From Klebsormidium nitens (lineage: Eukaryota; Plantae; Klebsormidiophyceae), in the NCBI GenBank assembly GCA_000708835.1, contig DF237382.1:1-64000 (forward strand): 64,000 nt of DNA. The letters are read 5' to 3'. Shown piece after piece: positions 48,421 to 59,363 of the stretch; within the stretch, counting starts at the first letter, position 1, and every line of letters starts with the position of its first letter. The position numbers and the translations under genes are program-made. The notes under the pieces are model-generated. The model was not told the DNA's origin and ran no database searches. It worked only from the letters and a program-made list of their open reading frames with translations.

Positions 48421-48982
48421 TGACTATCGCACTCGGCTTGAGTCCACGACGCCTATCACCACACTTGGACTAGTTCATATTATTAATTCTCATCCTTTTG
48501 CCCCAATAATAATGAGCTCGAAAGGAGAGTTGCTTCCATGCATCTAGCTTGCCTGAAGCAATGTATAGTACCACTATCAATCATTCTAGAGGCCCTGCTT
48601 TAAAACCAGACGAGTTCTGACTACAGTGATTGTCTCACTGATCTAGCAACCGTTAGCCCCTCCTGGCAATACTGCGAGCAATTTTCTAAGCGCCTTTCAA
48701 TCTATCCACTACAAAGTATGGCAAGCGAGCGCGGCATCTAGGGACTATATTTGCAATGCCATAGGTCTGATCCACAAAGCTGTGGTCAGTTTGTTGTCCT
48801 TTCATTCTTTGTCACCACCAAAGAGTCGCCCTCTTTGCGCACACCAAATGTAGAGATCCCCTGAAAAGAAGCAGCAAGGCTCGAACTAAGAATCAAAGAA
48901 AGGCATAGCCACCATCTGGCTTTCTGAAAAACTTCCCATGATTAAGAACCATATGAACCAGATATGCAACACGATCTATCAC

Positions 48983-49942
48983 TTAACTGATATTGGACAT
49001 AGTTTCTAAGCGCAGGCCCGTTGCAACGGAGACATGTTTCTCCACAAGGTAAAGGCTTGAAGCTTCTCGAGTTTGAGTGACAAAAGTAGAGAGACCCACC
49101 TTCGGCCTACGAAAAATAGTACATGCTCTAGAGCAGCATATGTCCTCCATATCTGTCACCTCGCCAGTCTTTAAGTCTACGCACCACCCATGCCAGGGAC
49201 ATCGAAGTTCGCATCCTTCAAGAGAACCTGCAAGCGATCAGAGAAAATGATAAACTAGGACTTGGATACCAAGTACTGGGCTATTGCACAACTGACACTC
49301 GAAAAGGTGTCCATTTCTTCGTTAAGATTCTTCCAGTGCAAAAGATTGATCAAAGGCTCCAGATTGAGGTTCATGAGAAAGGCAGCTTTCAGATCCAAAG
49401 TCAAACCGGGATGCTGGTCATACCCCAAGGACATTGGATGCCCAAAGCAAGAGAGAGGGCATATTCAAACAAAGCCCTGCAAAATTCAGGTATTAAATCT
49501 TAAATTTTGGAGTCCCTTACCTCCAGCCAGGGGCCAGCCCTTGTGGGGGCAACTCTGCACCAAGAGCTGGGGTCAGAAGGTGCTGCTGGCTTTACAACCA
49601 CCCATCACCAGACCACATTTCGTACCACATCTCAAGGCAAATCTCATAGGTACCCACACTCTGTCTTCCTTTGAGGTAAAAGAGGGAAACAGAGATGAAT
49701 TACGTTCATACAGACTAAAGAAAGCAGCTATCAGCGCTCACGACAAGATGCTAGCGCCCTCCAAATCCTGTGTACCTTCGAGAATATTCTTTGAGATTGA
49801 TTGGTCATTGCCTTGCGTTTGACGTCATATGGAGAAAGCCATCTTGCCAAACACCAAGCATGTCATTCTAAACTCACATTTTCAACTGCATAAAACCCCT
49901 CCCCTGTGTTGAAGACAACAACGTCCTGAGTTGAACTGACAC
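48983..49942 (-). CDS. Rieske [2Fe-2S] ferredoxin-like protein (5' exons unresolved, probably continuing toward the gap at 50629)
   Basis: GT-AG exons 49942-49878, 49554-49521 and 49227-48983 join in phase to VSSTQDVVVFNTGEGFYAVENSCPHKGWPLAGGSLEGCELRCPWHGWCVDLKTGEV..., with both Rieske ligand boxes (CxH and CxxH) intact. The gene is absent from the ORF track. Confidence 0.85.
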
Positions 49943-50628
49943 CTGCGAGTGCAATGGCACCTGTTAGCTCAAAGGAGCCTTCCGTGCGGTGGTGCAAACT
50001 TTTACAACCTCCTATGCTTGACTCAAGCTCTGGTCGTTAAGGTAACCTGGAGCATCGCTGCATGGTGTAAGGTCAGGGCGCTTGCAGTGGCGTCGAACTA
50101 GGAGAGATGCATTGAGCAGATTCTGATCCTATTGGAGGGCCCCAACTGGGGGCAAAGACCTTTGAACTGCCACCCAGCAAGGGGAATCCCCCCACAGCTT
50201 CGCAAAGCAGAAACATGCAACACTACTTCAGATTTGATGGTTTCAGGAGCTTCACTCCGTGCTCCAGTGCTGCACTCACCAGCTTCTGCCCCCACCGCTT
50301 CTCGTGCACCTTGTAAGGTCAATTGCACCACCACCGACCTGCCCCTCCGTGGAATTTGTGCAGAGGGGACTCTCACCTCCTCTGCCATCCTTGAGCACAC
50401 ACAGCGATTGCCCTACCATCGCCGCTTCTTTTCACCGACTGTTCTGACAATCAGACCTCACGGTGGGCCTCAGTTGCAGGCAGGAACCTGCCATGCCAGG
50501 CCAACGGCATTACAGGCGTGCTCTTCGTCCTTGAATGTAAGATCAAAGATGGAGGGACATTGCCCTCACCTGAAGCCGTCTTCCCCCATCCTCCCCCCAT
50601 CCTCCCATGCAACATGACGAAATGACGT

Positions 50629-51148
50629 NNNNNNNNNNNNNNNNNNNNNNNNNNNNNNNNNNNNNNNNNNNNNNNNNNNNNNNNNNNNNNNNNNNNNNNN
50701 NNNNNNNNNNNNNNNNNNNNNNNNNNNNNNNNNNNNNNNNNNNNNNNNNNNNNNNNNNNNNNNNNNNNNNNNNNNNNNNNNNNNNNNNNNNNNNNNNNNN
50801 NNNNNNNNNNNNNNNNNNNNNNNNNNNNNNNNNNNNNNNNNNNNNNNNNNNNNNNNNNNNNNNNNNNNNNNNNNNNNNNNNNNNNNNNNNNNNNNNNNNN
50901 NNNNNNNNNNNNNNNNNNNNNNNNNNNNNNNNNNNNNNNNNNNNNNNNNNNNNNNNNNNNNNNNNNNNNNNNNNNNNNNNNNNNNNNNNNNNNNNNNNNN
51001 NNNNNNNNNNNNNNNNNNNNNNNNNNNNNNNNNNNNNNNNNNNNNNNNNNNNNNNNNNNNNNNNNNNNNNNNNNNNNNNNNNNNNNNNNNNNNNNNNNNN
51101 NNNNNNNNNNNNNNNNNNNNNNNNNNNNNNNNNNNNNNNNNNNNNNNN
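50629..51148. other. Assembly gap (520 N)
   Basis: Run of N. The ORF-track entries spanning it are artefacts. Confidence 1.
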
Positions 51149-51187
51149 TGAGAACTGTGCTGGGCACGGGTAAGGTGCAGAGCATTC

Positions 51188-51213
51188 TAGGGTTTCAAGC
51201 AAGCAAACCCTAA
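51188..51213. promoter_or_regulatory. Inverted pair of telo-boxes (TAGGGTTT-N9-AAACCCTA) upstream of GPI1
   Basis: tagggtttcaagcaagcaaaccctaa, at the expected position of the Rieske/GPI1 divergent promoter. Confidence 0.55.
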
Positions 51214-51861
51214 AGCCGTCAATTCATCTGCGCTGGAGCCTGGAGGGCCATAATTGTCTGCATTGCATTTGAATAGATCTGTTATGAGATGAAAGCTTGA
51301 TGACGCCAATGGAGCTGAGCGAAGCAGATTGCAAAGGGCAATCCAGTGAGGGGTTGCGGCTATTTGCGGAGCGATCGCTGTTTTGCAGGACGAAGCTGGG
51401 GCCATGAGGTTTGGCAGCTCGCAGTACGTAAACTTTTCACTGTGGCAAGTCGTTGTATGCATTGCAGATTCCGAGCGTATCGTGGTGGTGCCTGAAGGAG
51501 CTTGTCGACCTCTCATAACTTTTTCAATCCAGCTGAAAACATTGTGGATAACAAGTTTGAATTGGTGCAATATTATGTTCAGGTCTGGGGCATCGTGTAC
51601 AAGCACGAGCTCTGTCATAGTCATCCCTCAGTTGAATCGTGCTTCTTGCTGTTCCTAGCATTGGCTGTTTCCCAAGCTGCACATAGACACTTACAAGGAA
51701 ATCTGTTGACCATTCTTTCCTGTTCTCCCGACCTGAAATTTGAGCTCCACTAGAAACAGTCGGTTGGCAGTTTGCCCCAACTCTCATTGGAATGAATGTA
51801 AACTCCCCCGAGTCCAACCACCATTTGCTCATACTCAAGCTGCGCAATGCTTTCTTTTCAG

Positions 51862-54800
51862 GTGCTGGTGCTCTCCGAAACTCCCAAGCCCCCTTCAAAG
51901 CTCGTGCATGCCCTGGCTGCCTTGCATGAGCTGGCTAGAAGACAGCTCCTGTTCGCCATGAGTTTGCTGGAGATCCTGACGTGGCCAACCAGGTGCCTAT
52001 GGGATGTTTGCAACTCTCAGCTGCTTGGAAGGGGAGCGCTGGTTCACCGGAGCGCCGCTGTACAAGCTCTGTACCATAAAGTTGCTGGCTGCCGCCAAGG
52101 TACTAAGTTGTGAAGACTTCCTTCTGGCATGGATAGATTCCTTTTGAAACCAGCAAATGCAACGAAAGAAAGCATGCATGTGTTGGGAAAAGGACAATCC
52201 TGTGGAGTAGATAACCTTTGTGAATTTAGACTGACGTACAACCACCCAGGACGACAATACTTTTGAAAGTTTCTTGCAGAATTTTGGAAAGACTCTCCTG
52301 ATTGAATATTCCGGGAGTCATTGTTGGGTTCCCAAGTAGTACAGTGTGTTTGATCAGCAATTGATGACAGAGCAACCTTCCGAAGTAGGGGAGATCGTTT
52401 TCAAAAGGTACATATCGCTGAGAGTTGTCACTGTCAAGGCACTCCTCGATCATGTACAATCCCCCTTCACTTGTGAGCCAAAGCACTTGGGCCATTGACT
52501 TCCGGACAAGTTTTAGAAACCGGACAGTTTCAAAATCCTATTCACACTTTGTCGGCCTCCTCATCTTACCAAGTTGGAGATGGCCCAGTAGGTCTGAGGC
52601 TTGACGTTCCCCGTCAGCCATCGTGACTTTGTACTCACAATCTAGACCTTGTGAGCCAAAAGCAAAGGAATCCCCCTATCTCGGAGCAATCTTCGCTCAT
52701 GCTCTACTGATATCGCCACTCTTTTGGTGCTTCCCTCGAATCTGACTCAACCGTTCTCCTCCTTTTCACAGCCCCTGGGACCCCTCCTCTCTCCGTCCAT
52801 CAAAGGGGCGCCCTCATCACCTCCGGAGTCCTCGACGTCCTCCTGGGTATCGCAGGGGGGGGTTTCCTCCTGAGGCACCGGGGGCGGCTGCAAGCCTTGG
52901 CCGCAGAGGCGAGCGAGCGCCTGGTGGACGGTGTGCTGACGGGGGGCACGGAATGGCTCATGTCAGTGGCGCCGGCGGGGCTGAAGCTGAATGAGGAGCT
53001 GGACGTGTTCATGGGGCGTGCGGTGCTGAGGATACTGCAGGTAAGCAGACGACTGGAAGGGTGTGCCTTGGCACCAGAAGTGAAGTGGCAGGCAGAATGA
53101 GTAGCCAGAATTTTGAGTTCTTGGGAAGCGGAGTTCGGGTCAAATGGCCGTTAAGCTTGCTTCTTGTGCATGTGGTAAGGATGACGTGTGGACCTGGGCA
53201 CTATGTTAGTGTCCAAGCACACACTGCTCTATAGATGCCGCAAACAGAATTCTACTTGTGAGGTCCTTTATCCCAATGCTCTCATGGCTGTTTTGGGATC
53301 GAAGCATCGCCTTCAAACGACCTCCCATCATAGCAGAACAGACTTGTTTTTTTTGTGCCTTTCCAGCTTCCTTCTTGGATCGTTTGCAGTTATTGCAGGC
53401 TGGTCCATTTTAGACTTCGTGTCTCACAGATTTGTCGTTTATTTCATCCTGTGTGCGGTCATAGCTCTCATCAGAGCTGCCCGTGGTCTCATTGATTCCG
53501 TCTGTTGAGAGCCGTCTTTTTTGATGGTGCACCCAGTTTTCGATGGCGGCTAACAAAGCGTCGTGATGGAGTAGGCTATGACGTTAGCGGACCAGTCCTG
53601 AGCATGCTTCGAGCTCAAGCTCAGGCAAGGAGAACGGCGCTCTTTCATTTTGGCCTTAACTTGAGTGAAGGGACACTGCTTATGACTGTTGATCGCTTGT
53701 GTCCCTGGTTCCTCAACATGCTGCCAGCAATTGGACGACGGAATTCTTCTGGTGACAGTTCTTGCTTCGTTACAACGACTCCTCGTATTTGCCCACTAGC
53801 AGTGCTTTCAACATTGTCTTTAGTCCGCTGCCCCCTTATTGTGTGTCATTTCAGGGCTTATCTAGGTTCGTGTTTTCCCTCGAGAGATGCTTGCATCGTG
53901 CATATGGCGATGATACCGTGTGAGCGCAGCCTGAGCTACATTCAGAGCTCACTGGAAACTGTGCATCATTGAAGCCAGCTGTCAGTATGAGCAGGCACAA
54001 TTGCCAGGAACAATGTGTCTTTCTCTCCACGCATACCTCTTGTTCCGAGTGACCCTTCCTGCTGAGTGTCGCATCCCTTGCTGTCACACTGTTCCTTTAG
54101 TGCCTTTTTTCAGCTTCGAAGAAACAGGGAGACGTTTTGCTAGCGAAAACCAGCAAGTTGAAGCGGCTGGACCCTTCATATCCGTTCAGAGTGCATGCTG
54201 AGCAAAGTTTGTTTTCAATGAGATTCTGTCTTCCACAAGCCGCTAACCTTCCTCCTTCATCCACGTGGCAGGGATGACGTCCGGGTCTGGCCACCGGGTT
54301 GGTGTCCAAATCCTTGATTTCAGAATCGAAACCCGCCTTCAGAAACCACTTTTGAGGTCTCTTTCTCCTGATTCATTTGTGGCCGCTTTGAGTTGAGGAA
54401 GGTTTGCTGATGTCTGTTCTCCAAGCGGCGCTTCAATGTCTAGTGAAACAAGCGTTTGTAACCATGTATTCTCTGGAATGCTTCGTTCCCTCAACCCTTC
54501 TAAGCAGCAAATTGCCGTCGTGGTGTGCTATGTCGAGCCTCGTCATCGGATTGTTTGGAATTCTCTTGCGGCAGGCGGCCTCTACAAACTTGCTGCCTTG
54601 TCTATCTCAGTCTCGTCCACCGCATCCGGTGCGGCCATACCTGTTTTCAAACTTCCCGTGTTCTCACGAACTTTTTTGTGTTTAAAGGCCCTCGTTTCTG
54701 TCAAGCTACCAGACTATACCTCGCTGGCAAAGCACGGAAGCACGGTGGCTGGGTAGGCTATGAAAAGAGCGGACCATTCCATCGAGCATGTTTCAGGTAC

Positions 54801-57800
54801 AAGCTCAGGCTCCTTAGCAAATTCCTCGGAGCCCCGTCGTCTCGACCTTTCCATAGACTTTGAGGACACTGCTCACGATTGTTGATTGCTTGTATCCCTG
54901 GTTCCTCAACAAGCTACTAGCACTTCACACCGAAGTGCTGCTCTTGATGAAGTTTCTTGCTCGATTGTAAGGACTCCTGGTGGTTGCTCCACTAGCAGTG
55001 CTTCCGACATTGTATTTAGTCCGCTGCCATCGTACCTGCCGTTGTACTGAGTCATCCTGAGGCTTATCTGGCTGGTGGAAATACTGCAAGGTTGCTTGCT
55101 ATCGTGGATGTGGCGATGATAGTGTCTGAGCACGTCCCGAGCTGCCTTTTGAGCTCATTGGCGCTATCAGTGATGCAGACCTGAAGCCAGCTGTCACTAT
55201 GAGCGTGCCCGATTGCCCAACAGACATGTGTAGTCTTCCAAGCGTACTGCCATTTTGTGGTTATTGTCCCCGTAGGGCGTCGAGTCGGCGTTCACACCGT
55301 CCTTGCGGGTCCGACCGGTGTCTAGACGCAACTCAGTTTCCCAAATGGATCTGTTATCGACCCCTCTCAATCTTAAAATACATCTTAAGCGCTGATAAGT
55401 ACGGAAGAAACAGGGGACGTCTGTCAATATTGAGGCGCAAGAATCATTGTCGACACGCCGGAAGTGTGTAGCCCTTCCTGAAGCATGCTGAACGGATCTC
55501 TGTCGTACGATTTCGGTGTTCAGTAAGCCGTTGACTCGCTTGTTCTTCCACGTGGCAAGGATGACTCCGGACCTGGGCAACCCGTTGGTGTCCAGAGTTC
55601 TGTCTGCAAGTTTTCAGATGCTGCGTTTACTAACTTCTTTTTGAAGTCCTGTGTTCCGATCTCCATGGCCGCAACAGATATCTCGCTACCAACCTCTCCG
55701 AGCGGCGCTTCAACAGCAAGCGGAATGCTTTCGAAGGACGAGGCTGGCCTTTTGCAGCGATCCGAAGTGGTCGTTGGCAACTCGATGCGCTTGTGACCCG
55801 AGGCGGCCAACGTTGTAGCTAGTCTTCTCTCTTATTTCGCTGTTGCAGCGGCTTATACTTCCACTCGTCTGGGTGGGAGTAGTTTGTGCAGTGGCTAAAA
55901 GAACACGAGCACAGGCCCCCAGCCTGCATGTTGTTGAGATTGCGTGGCGTCTGTTTAGAAAAACATCTGTCCGGTCCCTGCAGTCGTCACACAAGTAGTA
56001 GGTTCTGAGCGTCTCCGGTTCCTAGTTCAGCGATATCATCAGATCTGACTGCTGCGTCGAAACGCAACGTACGACCTGCGGTAGCAATTGGAGCAGACTT
56101 TCTGGCAGGACTTGAATACTTCGAAGGTTTTGACTGACTTCCGAATGCAAAATTTCTGGACGCCCCTCGTATGTTCGGAAGTGCATTGCTGTCGCTTCGC
56201 AGTACGCGGACCCCTTCTCGTACAGCGTATTGGGGTCGAGCATGGGAATGAAAACGATTGTTGACGAGCTCAAAACTTCCGCAAGCGGCAACCGATGGTT
56301 GCACTTCTTTTTAGTGAGTTTTAAATTGCGGCGATGATGGTCTCCACCCTTGAGCGGTCTGCTCCGTCAGCCTGCTCATTGAATCACCGAAGTTCCACGG
56401 ATGCCGCTCAATTGCTGTGCTTCCTTAAGGGACGGCGTTTGTGAGAGTCTAGCACTACCTAGCGGTGCTATGTGCATGACGAATGATTGATATCGGCAGT
56501 CCCACATCACCAGCGGCGTTCAAATACCTCTTCCCTCATCAGTTGTTCCTGTTATCAATCCTGGGATCAGAGAGTGAGACGCGTATGTTGAAGGCTCCCA
56601 CCTTCGACCAATGCGTCGTGGGATGCGGCGATGAAGGTCTTCGTTCTTGAGCAATCTGCTCCGTCAGTCTGCTCAATTGTAGTAGTTCAACCAGATGCCG
56701 CTCATTCACGCTTCTTTGAAGGATAGTTACTTGAGCGGTACTCAGAGGCCAATATTCATGGAGGACTGCTTGCTGTCGGATGTCCCGCATCAACTAGCGG
56801 CGTTCAGATACCTCCTCCTTCATCAGTTGCCCCTCTTCTTCATCCTTAGATATCAAGAGAGAGACGCTATCGTAATGAAGGTTCTCACCGTTGAGTAAGC
56901 GTCTTTAGAAGCGGCGATGACAGTCTTTACCCTTGAGCAATATGCTCACTGGAAGAATTGTGCACAGATGCCGCTCCTTTATTGCGCTTCCTTGAGGGGC
57001 ACTAATCAAGACAAATGAGCTCAAAACCAACGGTGCGTGGTTCTTGGTAATTTGCGCGCTATCGCGCGCCACGCTAAGCACGGCATTCAGGTTCTTTTTC
57101 CCTCATCAACTGTCCCTGCGCTCAAACCTCAAGACACTAGAGTCGAAACGCGTATCTGTAAGAAGGGCTCTCACCTTTGAGCATTTCGTCTTCGGAAGCG
57201 GCGATGATGATTTTTTACCCTTGAGCGGTCCGCCTGTCAATTTGCTCAACGAAGAATCTCAGCGTCTGATGCCGCTCATTCGTTGCCCTTCCTTGAGGGT
57301 CAGTACTCAAAAAAGTTCAGCCATTTCCAACGGTGTGTGGTTCATGAAAACTGCGTGCTGTCGGAAGCGCCACATCAAGCAGCGGCGTTAGATTCCTCGT
57401 CCCTTCTTATCAACTCTACTCGTTCCCGAAGACACTAGAGTTGACACGTGTATCAGAGATTGGGCTCTCACCTTTCGGCAACGGTCCTTTAGAAGCGGCA
57501 ATAATGGTGTTCACCCCTGAGCAGTTCGCCTAGCAATCTGCTCAATGATAGAATCTGAGCTTATACCGCTCAGTTGTTGCGCTTCCTTGAGGGTCAGCAA
57601 TGGAGCCGAATCCATCAGTCCGCTGTTCACCAAGGATGCTTGCTATCGGTCGTCCCTCGTCAACGAGCGGCGTCTCGATATCTCTTTCCTCATCAGCTGT
57701 TCCTGTTCTTTATTTTCGAGCACCAAAGTGAGACGCGTGTCAGCGCTGAGAGCTCTCACCTTCGTTTAAAGGCGTCTCTAGAAGCGGCGATGATCATCCT

Positions 57801-59363
57801 TTCCTCGAGTGATCTGCCTGTCAATCTACTCAAGCGAAGACCTTCAGCAACTGGTGCCGCTCATTCGTTGCCTTTGTATGAGGGTCAGTACTCAGGGAAG
57901 TCCAGCGATACCAACAGTTTGTTAATGCGAAATATGTGCTATCGGCCCTCCCTCGTCAGCCAGCGGTGGTCACACACTTTCTCCCTCCGTTAACATTCTC
58001 TGTTCATTATGCATCTTTTACCTAAATAAAGAAGCATATCACTTTGTTGCGCACTGGTTCTCGACTCGCTCTTACCTCATTGTCGAGCCTGCGTTTCCTT
58101 TGTCGCGGAAGATTCAGCGGGTGCTTACGAATATACGCTGGTGGAGCAAAGGAAGGGAACCCTTTTGTAATTTTGGGACAGCTTCATGCAAATATCCTTT
58201 CTGAAACGAGCTCTTCCTCTCTGCAGATCTTCTCAGACTTCGGGGGCCAGCACCAAGCTCTCCTCCTCAGCAGCGCTCTCTGGTCCCTCGTCATTTCCTC
58301 CCCACTGGGCCTCTCCACACTTCTCGCACTCGCCTCCGACGTGCTAGCCCTCGCCACCTGCCACGTGTCACTCCTCTACTGGCTCTCCGCCCTCATCTAC
58401 TCCGCCCAGCTTCGCGCCCTGGCCGCGCTCTGGCGCCTCTTCCGGGGCCGGAAGCGGAACCCGCTGCGCCACCGTGTCGACTCCTTCGAACGCCACGTGG
58501 AGCAGATTGTCGTGGGGTCGCTCCTATTCACACCGCTGCTCTTACTGCTGCCCACGACTTGGGCGTACTACTCGCTGTTTGCGATGACGTACGGCGGGAT
58601 TGCGGCAGCCCGCGCGGCGCTGCAGATCGGCAGCGCGGTGATCCGATCGTTTCCGCTCTACCGGTTGGCGGTGTGGGCGGCGGTGCCGGGGGCGTGTCCG
58701 AGTGACGTCAGCTTTCAGGTGACGTCAGCGGGGCAGAAGGTGGTGGACGAAACCATGTTGGCCAGCGGTAAAGTCATCAACGGTCCCGGAAGAGTCTCGA
58801 GGTGGGGAAAGGAGATGGTAACCAGCATGGGGGCAAGCGTTGAGAGCCTGAGAGTGACGTCAGCGAGTCGGAACACGGGGACCAGGACCGAGACTGGCGA
58901 CGACATGTTTCCACGTGGTCAGAACGAAGTGACTGCCGAGGAAGGAAGTGTAGTAGGCACACGGAAAAGCGGAGTGATGGGCACACGGCCAAGAGCGCGA
59001 GAACGAAACGCGAGCGGCGAAGAATGGAGGGATCGGAAAGTGGAGGACGGTGTTAAGGGGACGAAAAGTGACGAGAAACGTGGCGAGAAGCTGGACGGCG
59101 AAGATAGCGCGTGTTCTCTGGGTTTCGTAGGGCAGCAGGCGGAGGCGAAGCTGGCTGGAGTGCCATCGGGGGAGGAACTAGCGGCGCGGCACCTGCGGTT
59201 GGAGCTAGTTACAGCGGACGCAGGTATGACGAAACTCGTGAAAGTTTCTTGGAGTCAAGTGCAGCTCTTCCCCGAGTACTCCGACTCAGCGTTAAGAGAA
59301 GGACGAAGAAGGGAAGCGGCCAGACGAGGTCAATCATCTGTGAAAGTGACGCTTGTCAGTTGA
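51862..59363 (+). CDS. GPI1: GPI-GlcNAc transferase subunit GPI1/PIG-Q (5' exons upstream of 51862 not resolved)
   Basis: Exon at 51862 (VLVLSETP...LEILTWP). Exon 52772-53040 (DVLLG...EWLMSVAPAGLKLNEELD..RILQ) joins in phase 0 to exon 58227-59363 (ASDVLALATCHV...LAALWRLFRGRKRNPLRHRVDSFERHVEQIVVGSLLFTPLLLLLPTTWAYY), the Gpi1 domain signature. Confidence 0.9.
53169..55610 (+). repeat. Diverged ~1.1-1.3 kb tandem duplication in the 5.2-kb GPI1 intron
   Basis: The anchor ca(c/t)gtgg(c/t)a(a/g)ggatgac recurs at 53169, 54262 and 55549. Blocks 53570-53990 and 54750-55210 align (e.g. tccctggttcctcaaca, ccactagcagtgctt, tttagtccgctgcc, tgaagccagctgtca). Confidence 0.85.
56328..58050 (+). repeat. Six diverged ~290-bp tandem units in the GPI1 intron
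   Basis: The anchor gcggc(g/a)at(g/a)a occurs at 56328, 56625, 56911, 57198, 57495 and 57784 (periods 286-297). Shared words include cccttgagc, gatgccgctca, cttccttgaggg, agcggcgtt, cctcatcag and ctcacc. Confidence 0.9.

Noticed and set aside
48430-50600. Initially suspected degenerate retrotransposon
   Set aside because: No RT, integrase or LTR signatures. The region instead resolves into spliced exons of a Rieske-domain gene.
50451-51202. Long ORFs in the track (244, 219 and 188 aa)
   Set aside because: They consist of X residues spanning the 520-N assembly gap.
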